Origin: Vicugna vicugna
Taxonomy: Eukaryota
Assembly (NCBI GenBank): GCA_013265495.1
Contig: MU058456.1
Span: 620,001-684,000 of the forward strand
Length of the DNA stretch: 64,000 nt
Direction: 5' to 3'
Shown here: in pieces, positions 1 through 12,848 of the stretch
How positions within the stretch are numbered: position 1 is the stretch's first letter
How the letters are laid out: every line of letters begins with the position of its first letter
Notes under the pieces: model-generated
The model's input: the letters and a program-made list of their open reading frames with translations, nothing else
What the model was told of the DNA's origin: nothing
Databases searched by the model: none
Translations under genes and position numbers: made by a program

Positions 1-364
1 CTCTTTGCTTGCCTTCTCCCCCTCCCCTTCTCATTTCCAAATGGTCTGATTGCCTAATGAGCCCAGGAAAATAATCTATAACCGATGAGGATGTGAGACA
101 AAAAGATTTAATTGGGTGGGCTCTTAGAAGTGACAGTAGTTGAACTATCATGGGTTTATATTAGGTCGTGCCTATAAAACCTCTCAACATTTTAATTGAC
201 CTTTGAGAGCCTTGCTTCTGAAAATGAAGCCTGGAATTGGAGAATTTTATGGATGGAACAGACCTTGGGTCAGCCCTCTCCCCTTGCCTGGAGAGATTTT
301 GCACTTCAGTGGCCTTTGTCTAAATTGTGATGATTTTTTACAAGCACTTTATTTATAATTTAAT

Positions 365-602
365 TATTGTAGGTAGTTCAGAGCATGTGCTCCAGAGTCA
401 GGGTGCCTGGGTTGGCATCTGGACTTTACCACTTACTACATGGGTGACCTTGACCAAGGAACAGAATGTTCCTGTGCCTCTGAAAAATGGGAGTATTAGT
501 CGTACCTATGTTACGTGGCTGTTGCTGGAATCAAGTGAGATGGTACGTGTTAAGGCAATTGGAACACACAGGCAGAGCACGAGAACATTAACTATTATCA
601 TC
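365..602 (+). mobile_element. MIR SINE, near full length
   Basis: MIR-like blocks in order: agagtcagggtgcctgggtt / ccacttacta..gtgaccttg / ctgtgcctc..aaaatggg / gtacctat / tgagatg..cgtgttaaggca / actattatcat. Confidence 0.75.
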
Positions 603-1534
603 TGGTCCAAGGGTAGTAAGCTGATTTATTTCTTAAACCAGGGAATTTAAGTTCTATTAAATGCATATCTGAAGATTATGGTTGAAGGAATTGATGAAGC
701 TGGCCTTGTAAAGATACATTTCTCTGATTATTTTCAAAAAACTGCAGGTCTCTCCTGTGTTCTCTGCAGGATAACTTGTAAGGCGTGAAGCTTGTTTGAA
801 ATGAAAGTTTATGGGGAAACGATAATATGGTGTTTTCAATATGAAGTAAACTTTTAGGTGTGATGTCATTAAACAATAAAAAGTAAAAAGGCAACCAGAA
901 AAGAGAACCCCAATTCCTTTCTTTTCATTCGTCTCATTGGATCATACAGAAACCTCATGAGCCTGCTTTTTGTATCAGATACGCAGTTTCCTTCCTCTTG
1001 GATGACATGACATTTTGTGTACCGTGTATCACAGTGCCTGTGTATTTGGACCTTCAGAATTTGGACATCTATTTTACTGAATATATTATTAATATTGCTA
1101 TCATTTATTTGGCTTTGCTGAATTTTGCTGTTTCTCCAGGTGTAACAAAGTTAGAGGATGCCTGTTGGGCCTCTCACATTTTTGCTTCCTCGCCCCATCG
1201 GTGAAACACTCAGAGTATGTACTCCCTAATGAGTAAATGTATTTTCAAATGATTTACATGTAGTTAGAGGGGGTAGTACCAATATCTTAACAGAGCTGTG
1301 AATCTCCACTAGGAAACCATTAGAGAGGACATTTACTGTGGGGTTTCAGCAGGGGCCTGGAGGCTGCTCCCTTTGCCAGGGTTAACCATTTAGCTGCCAT
1401 ATCCCGGAGAGGAACAGGGAGTCCTGGGGTAGGGGATGGCAGTGCTTGAGGCAATGGCTGTTTGGTAACCTGGAAGGAAGTATTTTAGCCACCAGAGCTG
1501 GTGCATATCAGCTGAATATCAGCCTGAACGTCAA

Positions 1535-1655
1535 CTTATGAAATGTACTAAAACCAACCAAAAAAAGGAGACATAAAAAATGGAAACTAGTATTGTAATT
1601 TTTTTCCTGAACCACATTTGATCATATTGTATACCCCTGGGTGCCCATATTCTAG
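1535..1655 (+). mobile_element. hAT-Charlie MITE fragment (MER112-like 3' part)
   Basis: ttttcctgaaccacatttgatcatattgtatacccctgggtgcc resembles the recalled MER112 terminus. Confidence 0.35.
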
Positions 1656-3104
1656 CTCGTAGATCCCTGGAATAAACTACAGGGTCTGCTTTGTAAGCCT
1701 GCTGAGGTAGAGCTTTATTGACTAAAAAGAGTTTTGAATATTCTGTGAGGTTGCCTTTTCTTTTTCAGAAAGGTTTATTGTATTTTACTTAAAAGTGGAA
1801 GAAATAGCAGATCTTTGCTATTCCTGTCATTAACTGCCACTAAATTGACACAAATGTTAACAACTATTGTGAGACCTGTTTCCAAGTCAATTATGTTAAT
1901 TAGAATGTAACGTGCCAATAAATGCATGTATTCAAACATGATACCATCACTTTTTGTGTTTTCTTCTCCAGATGTAAGACATTCATTTATTTGCTGCTTG
2001 AAAAGCTGCAGAATTATGGCTAAGATAACAAATAATTGCCAGCAAATAAAATTGGTTCTTTAGAAATATGCTGTAATTGGTTGGTTGTAGGAAAGGCAGA
2101 AACAAATGATAGCATGTTAAGCATATAAATTAGGAACATTGCTTATAAAATCCTTAGTTTTGGGCTTTTCATTTAAATAAGCCTTCTTATTGCAATTAAT
2201 ATTATAGTTGGTTTATGACCCTTAAAATATATTCCCCTTCAGCATCTCTTGGAGTTCTAATTCAGCTTTCTTATACATGTTAGATGATTTGCAATTTAGA
2301 TTCTAATTTGGTTTTTATTCTTCAAAATGCCATATTTTTGTATTTCATTTTTATTTAAAGCATGATTCTCTCTGTGTTTGTGGAAGTTAGGCATAAATAA
2401 ACTACTAGAAAAATCAAGCTTTAAAGTGAGCTGAAAACATAAAATATTTTAATAGGAATTTCAATAGGAGTAACTAAACTAAATATTTGAAAGCCCAACC
2501 AGAAAATTATGGCACTTTGGAAGCAAACTTTATGGGACGTGGTGTTCCTAATTTACCCTCTGTTACAGTTCTTTAAAAATAGCATTTCTATTTGTTGATT
2601 TTAAGTCCTGATCACTTCTTATGTATGTAAGAGCGTTAAACAGGCCTCTGTCTGATGATTTGGGGGCCATATCTACTTGAAGATGGAGTTTGGGTCTCTG
2701 TAGTTTTTTTAGAGTTTTGAGCATATTTTTTTCTATTGAGAGTGAGTGCCTATCTTCTAATTTGAGTATGTGGGTTGTTTTGGTTTTTTTCCAATTGTGA
2801 CCCACATAAATCAGCCCTGCACGTCCAGTGCCATGACCTTAATTCTCTAGAACTTGCAATATACCTTTCTCAGTTAAGTGAACTCATGGTCTGGCTCCAG
2901 CGTGATGCGCTCAGAAGGGAAGAACATTTCTTCTTAACCCCTCTTACCACAATCACTGCTTAATTCTGCTGGCAGGTGCTGTGTGCCGCCTAGGTTTCTG
3001 CTAAGATATTCTGCTCAACATTTGAGCTTCCATCATCCTTAGCACGCAGGCCCTTTGTCTTGCTCTATTTGCTAACTATTCTTCAAAATGTAGCAGATGA
3101 TGAA

Positions 3105-3310
3105 AAAGACTATGTTTGGGGTGGGGAAACTTGGGACTGAATTCTAGTGCTGAAATTTCTTGGCTCAGTAATTTTGGGCAATTGTCACTTAACCTTGTTG
3201 AGCCCAGCATCTTCATTAATAAAATGGGAATGGTTAATGCCGACAGCATTGTCATAACAATGAAAGACCATAACGCGTATCAGAGGTGACTGCGAAGTGT
3301 TAGGCATTCT
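3105..3310 (+). mobile_element. MIR SINE
   Basis: Core ttgggcaattgtcacttaaccttgttgagcccagcatcttcattaataaaatgggaatg. Confidence 0.7.
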
Positions 3311-3677
3311 TTGTGTGTTTCTCTATGCCTTGGCTCTCTATCCCGTAATTGGTCAGTTTGTCTGTTCCTGTGCCAATATCACACTTCCTTAATTACTGTA
3401 ACTTCATAACAAGTCTTGTTAATAACTGCTCAAGAAAGTTCCCTTATGTCATTGTTGTTCTTTAAAATTGTTGGCTACTTGGGGCATGTTTATCTTTTGC
3501 GTAAAATCACTTGTGAAGTTCTACAAACTGATTGAGATTTTGATTAGAATTATGTTAAATCTAGAAGTCACTTTGGGAAAGTGACACTTTTATGATGTTG
3601 AGGTTTATTATTCTATAGCGTGCTATATTGCTCCATTTACTTAGGACTTCATCAATGTTTTAAAATAAGGTTTTAGA

Positions 3678-3799
3678 GGGGAGGATATAGCTCAGTGGTA
3701 GAGAGAATGCTTAGCATGCACAAGGTCCTAGGTTCAATCCCCAGTACCTCCATTAAATAAATAAGTAAACGAAACTACCCCCTACCCCCCAAAATAAAA
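3678..3799 (+). mobile_element. Camelid tRNA-Ala-derived SINE (Vic-1 type)
   Basis: GGGGAGGATATAGCTCAGTGGTAGAG..TGCTTAGCATGCACAAGGTCCTAGGTTCAATCCCCAGTACCTCCA, then an A-rich/C-rich tail; A and B boxes intact. Confidence 0.9.
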
Positions 3800-4512
3800 T
3801 TATACTATTTTCTTCAGGAAGAATTTGTATATCACTTGTTAGATTTATTCTTAGGAATTTAAAATAATATCTTTTAAAAATAAATATGTATACCAATTGG
3901 CTAATGTATGGAGATTGAATCAACCTTGCTAATTCTTATCAATTCTTACTCATCTTTAGATTTTGGGGATGAGAGTTTTTTGTAGACAATGTAGACAGTG
4001 ATAATCTGCAAATAATTATAGCTCTATTTCTTTCTTTTCCAACCTTTATAACTTTTCTTTCTTTTTAAAAAAATTTTACTTCATTTACCATAACTTCCAG
4101 GATTATGTTTCCAGGGTTATGTTGAATGTAAGTGGTTATACCATGCATTCTTATGGTGTTCTTAAACATAAAGAGAATATTTTGAACATTTCATATTAAG
4201 TGTGATGAATGGTATGTTCCCTTTTTTTTTTTGAAGTTCTGTAGCAGGTGAAAAATAAATTTTTTGATGCTTGCCTAGATTTTTTTTTCATTTTTACAAA
4301 AAAAAAATGTTTTTTCTGTATTTGTTGGTGTTTTTTAATCTTACATTTTGAAAAATGCACCATTGTCATGACAAATAACATTTAAAATACATTTTTGCAT
4401 CCAGTTTACTGGTATTTTTGTTAGGATTTTGCCATCTATGTTTATAAGTGGCATTAGCTTGTAGTTTCTCTTTCTTATACTCTTCGTTAGGCTCAGCAAA
4501 TGGAATTAGGAA

Positions 4513-4944
4513 TGTATCGGTCATTACTTCAGTACTATAATAACGCTGCATAGTAAGCCACAGTTTCTCAGTGGCATTCTTTGGTGGTATTTATTTCTTG
4601 CTGTGGGTCTGTGGGTTGGCTGGGAGTGGCTGCTTAGGGCCACGGATCTGTGAGTTGGCTTGGCTTACATCCAGACTGCAGGTCTGAGTCACATCTGTCT
4701 GCGTCTTACTCTGGGGCCCAGGGTGAAGAGCAGCTCTTACCTGTGGCATGCTTTCCCATGGTGGAGGTTGGAAACTCCTATAAGGGGGAGCAGAAAGACC
4801 AAGTGTTTCTTACCGATCAGGCTTGGAACTGACCCCGTCTCACTTGGGCCCATTGGCGAAAACTGGATGGTTAGACCCGGCAGCAGTGAGGCGGAGAGTC
4901 GGAGGGAAGCGAGTATTTGCTAAACGATAGTTTTATCTACCGCA
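4513..4944 (-). mobile_element. MaLR solo LTR (MLT1G/H type)
   Basis: TG..CA termini (tgtatc..ctaccgca); MLT1 motifs gctgcatagtaagccac..tctcagtggc, aggcttggaactg, gagtatttgctaaacgat; flanks aggaa/gggaa resemble a 5-bp TSD. Confidence 0.75.
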
Positions 4945-5193
4945 GGGAAACTTCCTTCCTTTTCTAGTCTCTGGAAGAATTTGTGTAGGAATGGATGAAT
5001 CTCTTTCTTGGCTGTTCTGAATGCTGCCTGTAAAGCCATCTAGACCTGAGAATTTCTTTGGGGGGCGCATTTTTGACCCAATTTTTTAATGATTATAAGA
5101 ACATACAGATTATTTATTCTTGAGTCAGTTTGGTATTTTTGTAATTTGGTGTGAATTTGTTTACTTATTCTAAACTTGAGAAAATGTTTTCCC

Positions 5194-5418
5194 TTTTTTA
5201 AAAAATTGAAGCGTATTTGATTTATAATGTTGTATTAGTTTCTGGTGTGCAGCATAGTGATTTAGTAGATACATATTCTTTTTCATTACAGGTTAATACA
5301 AGCCACTGAAAATTGTTCCCTGTGCTGTACAGTAGAACATTGTTGTTTATCTTTTCTGTACATAGAAGTTTGTATCTGCCAATCCCAAACTCCCAATTTA
5401 TCCCTCTCTCCCTGACCC
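5194..5418 (-). mobile_element. Truncated cetartiodactyl/camelid L1 3' end
   Basis: ttgaagcgtatttgatttataatgttgtattagtttctggtgtgcagcatagtgatt..gttccctgtgctgtacagtag..atcccaaactcccaatttatccct is the antisense L1 3'UTR. Confidence 0.8.
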
Positions 5419-5559
5419 CTTGTTAATTTTGTGAGGCATCTGCAGTTTTGACTCCTTTCCCATTCTTAGTATTACTTCCTTGTGTCTTCTCTTCCTCATT
5501 CTTTTTTCCCCCCTTGATTAATTTTGCCAGAGGCTTGTCCATTTTATTTATTTTGGGTG

Positions 5560-5945
5560 GTTTCTGGATTCATGTCATGCTTAGAAAGGTATTTTTTCTT
5601 CTCAGATTCTAACAATAGTATTTCACATTTTCTTTTATCTTTATGGGGTAATTTTTAACATTTACATCTCTAACCTATTTGGAACTTACTTTTGTTAAGG
5701 AGTCAGAGAGCCATTCAGCTTATTACTCTTACTCTAAGTGTCTAGCCAGTTAGTCCAACACTGTTATCAAGCAACTTCTCTTTCTCCCTAACCTGTAATA
5801 CCACTTTTAGCATATATTAAATTCCCAAGTACATTATGGGTCTATTCCTTGACTCTGTTCTGTCCCTTTGATTTGTCTTCCTGTATGTATATCATATAAT
5901 CGAACTCCTATAGTTTCCTGCTGTTTTTAACATGTAGTAGGGCTG
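5560..5945 (-). mobile_element. Second old L1 (L1ME-like) ORF2 fragment
   Basis: tcatgcttagaaagg, ttaacatttacatctctaacctatttggaa, tagccagttagtccaacactgtt, catatattaaattccca..gggtctattcc. Confidence 0.65.
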
Positions 5946-6189
5946 GGAGGGGAGCCTCTTAACTCTTAAGTTACATTTGTTTTGGGTTACATTTAAAAGA
6001 CTGCCCCTAATTTTAACATTTTTCTGTCTGTGGAAATAACTTCCTCATTTTCTTTGAAAACCAGTGAGAGAAAAAAATCATCCCGTGTAAAAATATTAAA
6101 CGTCTTTGACTTTAATGAAATCATAGTTCTTTTGGGTCACCAGTGGGGAGAGAAACCATTTTTCCTTGCATCTGGTTTTCATGCTCAGA

Positions 6190-6285
6190 CTCCTGGTCTA
6201 TGCACTGCACAGCTTTGGGGCACCATCCACCCTGGCTTTAATGTGGCTTGTTCCCACAGGGTGTGTGACCCATAACCCTGGACTT
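6190..6285. mobile_element. MER91-like palindromic hAT-Tip100 MITE remnant
   Basis: tgcactgcacagctttggggcaccatccac..aatgtg..cccacagggtgtgtg resembles MER91. Confidence 0.4.
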
Positions 6286-8529
6286 CGCTGCTCCCTGGAG
6301 CAGGAGTCACTAATTGCTGCCGCCATCAGTCTGAGAAACTGGAACCTACTGATAGCAGGTCTCCACAGGCTGGGGATGTTTTCAGAGACAGGAGTTGGGA
6401 GTGAGACCAAGTGCTCTCTCAAGTGGAGATTTGCCTCCCTTGTCAACCTCAGGCACTATTTCTTTGATTTTAGGAAGGGAGTGACCAACCTTCCTGATAG
6501 CTTGCAGTTATGGAACCATAAATGCCGCCAATTGCCTTACTAGTGGTAGAGATGTCCTCTGCTATAGAAACTTTTTTGGTGGCATTGTCACAAGAGTCAA
6601 CAAAAGGAAAAGTGAGAAGTTAATGACCCTACCCGTTTGCTGGCATGAGCTGTTTTCCCGTCCTGTCTTTATTCTGAGTTGTTCAGAGCATCCTCTGCCT
6701 CTTGTGCTGATGAGAAGGATGTGCTCAAAAGGGGATGGGCGCTGACAGCACACGAGGAATAATTCCTTCATCCATCAAGCCTGACAACTCTTGGGTTCTT
6801 CGTCCTGCCAGAACAGGGAGAGGCTTGAACAGGATTGAATGGTCCCCACTCGTCTGGCATTTTAAACAAATCTGAAATTGATATGAAATTAACTAGATGC
6901 CCTGAAGTTGCTGGTGGCAACAGTTCTCACTAAAGTCCTAAGCTTATAACCTGTCCCACAAGACTGAAGGATGTAACAAACTCGCATCTGAATTATGACC
7001 ATCATCTGAGCCTGTCAGTGCAGAAAGCTCTTCATTAAGAGGGAAGGATTGGGAGTCTGATACCAGGATAAATGAAGCCACACCTTTGATCAAGTACCTT
7101 TATTTAGCTTTCTAGCCCAGGAATCTTAGGTCCAGTCAATTAATTGGGAAATTCAGGATTTGGTAATTTCTGTGTTCTTTAATTTCAAGAAGAAAAATTG
7201 ATTTTTCTATCGTACGTTGGTAAATTCTCATAGGAAACTTAGCAAATGTTCTTAACAGGTGGGACAGGAATTGTGTGTAGTATGTAACCATTATAACATC
7301 GTTTCTCTAAACGTAGATTTTCTTTTTCGTTCTGTATATCCCAGTAACTTGCAACAACACCTGTGTACTTTTCATTGCTCACATCTCTCGTTTTTTCCAT
7401 GATGCCAGATTTGGGTTGATTACCTGTCGGATTTTAATTTCTCCCTCCGGCTTTCTGTCTGCTCTTTTTCCTTGTCTGTAGTCGATTATTCTGGCAGTGG
7501 TGGAACTCGAAAGGTTTCTGTGTCTCAGAAGGTGCTAACCCCCTGTCCTGGCTGTCACGTCTGACCCTGGCTCCCCATCTTTGATTCAGGTGACCCTTCC
7601 CTCTCATTCTAATTCCTCACGTGTCCGCTTTCGCCATCACAGAGGAGTTTACATTCTGATTCTCTTGGGAATTGTGGAGCTGAAGCAACTCTGGTCAGGC
7701 ATTTCCTCCTCCCATACCCTCTCCTCAAACAAGCAGGGCACCTGTCCCTGAAAGAATGTGTCCCTCAGGCAGCTGCTTCCTTAACTGAAGTCCTCCACTT
7801 CCCCTGCCCTGGGAGCTGTGCTGATATCAAAGCTGATATCCCTAGACATCTCTAGATGGCAGCATCTGCCTCCCTCTGCCTTGAGGCTAGACTAGAAAAG
7901 AACAGTTGACTGTAGCCCCAAGGATGATGTTCAGTGTGTCACCCTGGTCTAGACAACGTCTCTCTCCCCTTGGCCTTTATTCTGCTTCCAAGTGCGTTGT
8001 AAACTCTGCAGACCACCATGAAGTGGGATCATCCGATATATCCTTATCCTGGGCTCTTCCGGGGTTTCCACCTCACGAAGCCAGAGACATAAATCCAATT
8101 ATTCAGTCATGTTTTGTCCCGTGGAATTTTGTTGTAAGGAGCCTTGCTTCAAAATGTAGCTGGAGGTTTTTTATTAGTAATTTTTCTACGAAATGCTCAG
8201 GAGGGCTGGTGGACAGGGCTGCAGGAATGACACAGGCATGAAAATGCTAAATGCTGGGCCTACTTCTCCTCATTCTTGCCAGGCCCTCTGGCTTGCTAAG
8301 CTCAATTTATTTTTGAGCAGCACCATTTTGTCGAATATACAGCCCCAAATCAAATAAAAGATGTTTCCTGGTTTAGAATACTTTAAAGATGAAGATAATG
8401 GAGAGTTGAAGTCAAGTTCAAGAGAGTGCTCATCTTCTTTAAAAAATATGTATTATATTGCAATGTTTTGCTGGTTGTAATTATTTTTGACCCTGTCTGT
8501 CCTCCTTTCCCTACCCACCCCCTATGTCT

Positions 8530-8620
8530 ACCCTGTGAACTTCGGACTCTTAGAAGCCTGTGTCTTTGTGACCTCTGTTGTCCTGGATCAGGGCCAGCAC
8601 ACACAGGATGCTCCAGAATC
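8530..8620 (+). mobile_element. L2 3' end fragment
   Basis: ctgtgaac..tgtgtctttgtgacctctgttgtcctg..ccagcacacacaggatgctc. Confidence 0.45.
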
Positions 8621-9499
8621 CTTGCTCACACTAACAGCGTCCTCTCTGCCCTACATTTGGTCGTGGTACCTGAGACCGTAGCACAATCCATTTATCTCAG
8701 AATACTTAAATGCACATTCTCTCTGCCTGAACTTCTGTATTCTGGGGGAATTGTGTTCAGTTGATATAAACAAAATATCAGACAGCTCAGCAAGCGCCTG
8801 CATTATACTGGATGTGGTGCCTGTGTCCCTGGTCAGCCTGTTCTCTGGAAATTCAACCGAGGCAAAAGAGACAAGCCCTGAGTCGTAAGCTGCATTTTTG
8901 TACTTTACTAGGAAATGTGCAGGTTGAAGATGTCTTCTTCTGAGGATATATTTTTTTTAAATGAGGTCCAGGATTTCCTCTACGGTTCGGAGTGAGCATT
9001 CTTAACTCTGGCCCACCAGAGAGTATTTGTGTCCTAGCATATGCCCCTCTCACCCTGTGTTTTTCTTTCCTGGTGCCTTTCTCTAGAGTTTGAAACTGCA
9101 GTGCCTTTTCTCTGCACAGAATGTGGCATTTAGACAAATAGTGTTGGACTCAGAGGGAAAGGTGTATTAATGCATCTGGGAGAGAATTTACAAGGCACTG
9201 GTTCTTCAGACATTTCTCCCATGATCACTAATCGGAAAAGCTCTTGCCACATGTCACTTTTCTAATAAGGAAATAGGGGAGCCCTAAGTCCCAAATAAAC
9301 AAATAGGAAAGCCTTACGGTCATCTTTGACAACAATACAAATTCAGAACTGCATCCTTACGGAAGGCAATCAATCGGCAACAACCTCACAGTGTCCTCAT
9401 TTGGGGGATAATCTGCCTTGGAGGAGGGAAGAAAGCTCGTTCAATTCCATTGATATAATCCTTCCTTCAGTGCTCTGATTCACATTTTAATAGTCACTT

Positions 9500-9990
9500 T
9501 TAATTAATACAAGAATGTATGAAAAAGAAAAAATAAATAGCTATTCCTGTTGCTACCCCTCTTGAAATTAATACATAAACAATATTAGAACAGGTACAAA
9601 GTGAAAATGGATTCTTCTCCTTTCCGTCTCCCCAGAGGTAACCCATTGCTCATAGTTTTTTGATACTTTTTGCAGAAAAAAAAATTGGATATGTCTTCAT
9701 AAATATATACAATTAAAGAATTTTACAGTGTTTGAGCTTCACTGTTTGACTTAGTGTGAAGCTCTCTCATGTTAGCACACACAGTCCCACTGTGTCCTTT
9801 TTAATGGTGTCACAGTATTTCATCACATGGACCCAGTATCATATGAATCACCCAATTAATCCCTCAGAAGTGGACTGTCGAGCTGGAAAGCCCCATAGCC
9901 CTGACCTGTACGATGTCTGCTGTGAGAATGCTTGCACACAGTCATTTTTCATTGTAAGATTTTCAATTGTAAGATGATTGGTAGTGGTTG
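9500..9990 (-). mobile_element. L1ME-type 3' region, antisense
   Basis: ctccccagaggtaaccc..atagttt, ctttttaatggtgtcacagtatttcatcacatgga. Confidence 0.65.
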
Positions 9991-10069
9991 GTGAGGTAAG
10001 TTTTCTCACAACGTTTAATCAGGGCGACATAGAGTGTGTTGTGTTGTATTGAAGAAATGGCTTAGAAGT

Positions 10070-10370
10070 TTAATTACTATTGTTTTTGTTTATTTCTGTG
10101 AACAAGAGTTTTTCTTCCTCATCTACAGGCCATCTTGGCAGAGATGGGCTCTGTTCCACGCAGTCATTCAGGGACTCAGGCTGACGGAGGTTCTGCCAAG
10201 GTCCTTCTGGGTGCTGACACCCAGATAGTAATGGACAAGAACTGCATGGGGCATCGTCCATTGTCTGGAGTTCAGTCTTATGGCCACTGCTGAGTGCAAG
10301 AGAGGCTGGGAGATGGATTCTAGCTGCATACGCAGAAACAAAAGGAGATGGCTTGACGGATAAGTCAAAC
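10070..10370 (-). mobile_element. MaLR LTR (MLT1K/L-type) fragment
   Basis: gctctgttccacgcagtcattcagggactcaggctgacggagg..ccattg..tggccac..tgcaagagaggctgggagatg. Confidence 0.7.
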
Positions 10371-12296
10371 CCGACTATTAAACATGGCCAAAACCTTGGG
10401 AATGGATGCTACCTGAGCATCAGTTGTCACCATAAGTGGTGCATCTGGCTGTCTTCTCCCTGGAAGTTCCTGGTGTTCAGTCTACTGGCCAGTAATTCCA
10501 GGAAAAAATGCTTTCCCCTCTGCTCTACAGTTCTTTCTGCCTTTTATCTCCACCTCCCTCAGTTCTTGAATGACCGTGAATAGGGTATTACTAGCTGTAA
10601 TCTGGCAAAGATCTTAATTTTCAGATGTGTAACTGGACTTGAAGATGTAGCAAAGTGGGATGGGAAGGTTTTGGCTGAGCCCCCCAAATAACTTTTCTGT
10701 GAAAGCAGAAGAGATGGAAATGCCCCAATTGCTCTACAGAACAACCATATGTCCATTCTGTCTGTCCTTCTAAGCATGACTATTTGCAGGATAAGCATCA
10801 CTGGGAGCTCTTCAGGTGACGACTTTCTGCAATAGAGGAGGCCTGAGCATGTACAGGAGCTGGGCAGAGGCAACTCATGGTGGCCTCTCTGTGCTGCCCC
10901 TGGCTTCCCTGACAGCTGGTCCCTGAGCACTGGAGAGGGAGGCCAGCGATGCTTTGTGGTCCTCACCTCTGCTGCGGAGGATCCCAGTGTCACCTCGGCT
11001 CTGGTTTTTTTGGTTTTCTGTTTATTGTTTTTTAGGATGGGAGTGGAAAATGAAACAGCTAAATTCTTGGTATATGGGTATGTTTTCAAACTGAGAAAAA
11101 TAATAAGACTCGTCTAAACATGTTTGAACTATAACTGAGAACATGATCCAGGAAATGTTGCAAATAGGTACTTTGTCTCCCTCCTTTGCCATTTTTTCTT
11201 GTGTTTATTCAAGTAAGTTGGATGCATATCAGAACTGGGGAAAGCCTCAGAGTATTTCTGATGTCTTCATAGAATATATAGGACATCCTGGGCCAGTTAA
11301 CATCTGTTACTTTATGTGTTTCAATAGTCAGTCATGTCAAGAAAATATAATCTGATCTGCATCTTGACTTAGTTACGTGTTCAGTCCTAGTGCAGTAGTT
11401 TGTAAAGGGGTCAAATGGATATGTTAAAAGGGATAGAAAGACCTATCCTATTACTCTGAAATGATGAAAGCATTGCACACTCCTTAAATAATGGTGCCTG
11501 TCAGGTTTTTGAACACTTTTCTAAGAAAGGAGAAAAGATATTAAGAAGATAGCTGTGAATGCAACAGGGACAGACAGAAAACCTGGTGACTTTGGGAATT
11601 GATCCCGTAATTGTGCACACGAGCTATAATTTATCAAAGCTCCTCAAAGTATTTCAGAAGGAGTTCAGGAGCACTCTGATTTTACAAATGAATCAATTGA
11701 TGGCTGACCGTAAACTGCTGCCTGTCCCCAGTCTAGGGCTGTGTCTGAGGCTGGAGGCAGAGAACAGCAAACAACAAAAGAAAAGGCCAGAGAGGGCCGG
11801 CTGGGTAATGGTGAGATCTTCTGCATTAGAGTCCCGTCGATATGTATCATTACAATACAGCCAGTGGGTGCCGGGCTGACCGTGGCGCCACACCAGACCA
11901 GGAAGGATGCCAAGAAACAATCGATGGAAGATGTGTTACTGAAAATTAATATTCTGCTGCTGAATTATTCTTATTGATTCAGGGATTTTGAAAGTGGCCA
12001 TAGATAATTTCACAAACAAAAGTGTTTGCACTTCTAGAGCAGAAGACCAACATAACAGGGGAACATAACACAAAACCCAGAAACCAGGCTCAGGAAACAC
12101 AAAACTTGCGTTGTGTGTCCTCCAGAGGCCCCTGTCTGTGTTTGCTCAGGGAGGCGGTTGGTTATTTTGCAAAGCCACACATAGTAGAGCTTCATTTGCT
12201 GTGATCACATCCTTGCTCCAGTAGAGCCTGTGTTTAATAATTAGTTAGAAGAGACATTAACAGCATAATCGACAAAGAAGCAAAGTAGAAATGCTT

Positions 12297-12481
12297 ATTC
12301 TGTCTATGGTACTTTGTATCCGCTAAACCAAAGTCCCAGTTGATCCTTCCATGCCCCCCTTTCCCCCCGATAACCATAAGTTTGTTTTCTGTGTCTGTGA
12401 GTCTGTTTCCATTTTATAAATAAGTTCATTTGTGCCATTTTAGCTAACAGCATTGTAAATCAACTATACTTCAACAGCAAA
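12297..12481 (+). mobile_element. 5'-inverted (twin-primed) truncated L1 3' end with 10-bp TSD
   Basis: 12297-12442 is antisense L1 3'UTR; 12443-12481 is the sense L1 terminus (ctaacagcattgtaaatcaactatacttcaa); TSD agaaatgctt at 12287-12296 and 12482-12491. Confidence 0.8.
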
Positions 12482-12764
12482 AGAAATGCTTGCTGTATGT
12501 GGCTCAGGGTCAGACCTTTGAAGGAGGGGGATCCTGAGAGTTTGGGGTAGAAGGTTCTCCTGCTTTCTGCATCACCTGTGGGTGGATGTCGGCGGGGTGG
12601 ATGTTGGACAGGGGGGATTTGGGGAGCTGCTGCCTTGACCACCTGGCTACCTCCTCATACTGCCTTTGTCCCTGTCTTCCTGGTTCTCTCATTTTCCTTC
12701 TCAAGTCCCCACCTCTCTTGTCGTGAAGTGTACTGCTCATGACGGATGAAAGGCGAGTGGTGGT

Positions 12765-12848
12765 AGCCTCACTGGGTCTCAGTTTTCACATCTCTAAAAG
12801 GAAGGGTTTGGAGTGGATGACTTCCAGCTCTGATATGGAATGATTCTG
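12765..12848 (+). mobile_element. MIR3-type SINE fragment
   Basis: ctcactgggtctcagttttcacatctctaaaag..ttccagctctga..atgattct. Confidence 0.6.

Larger units (their letters stand above)
3320..5550 (-). mobile_element. Old L1 (L1ME/L1MC-like) ORF2 fragment, antisense, interrupted by three younger insertions
   Basis: Antisense L1 motifs: ttgtctgttcctgtgccaatatcacac, ttgagattttgattagaattatgttaaatcta, atctgcaaataattatag, ttgttaggattttgccatctatgtt, ctggaagaatttgtgtagg, ttttgccagaggcttgtccattttatt. Confidence 0.75.

Noticed and set aside
3678..3753. tRNA-Ala gene (also at 17239 and 30593)
   Set aside because: The tRNA-like head continues into an A-rich SINE tail, the stems are mismatched, and one copy has a TSD: these are SINEs, not tRNA genes
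4095..4122. Short tandem duplications (also about 9947-9975, 36430-36452 and 50559-50578)
   Set aside because: Ordinary slippage microduplications
10559..11089. 176-aa minus-strand ORF
   Set aside because: TTG start, reads through a simple T-rich tract, no protein-family resemblance
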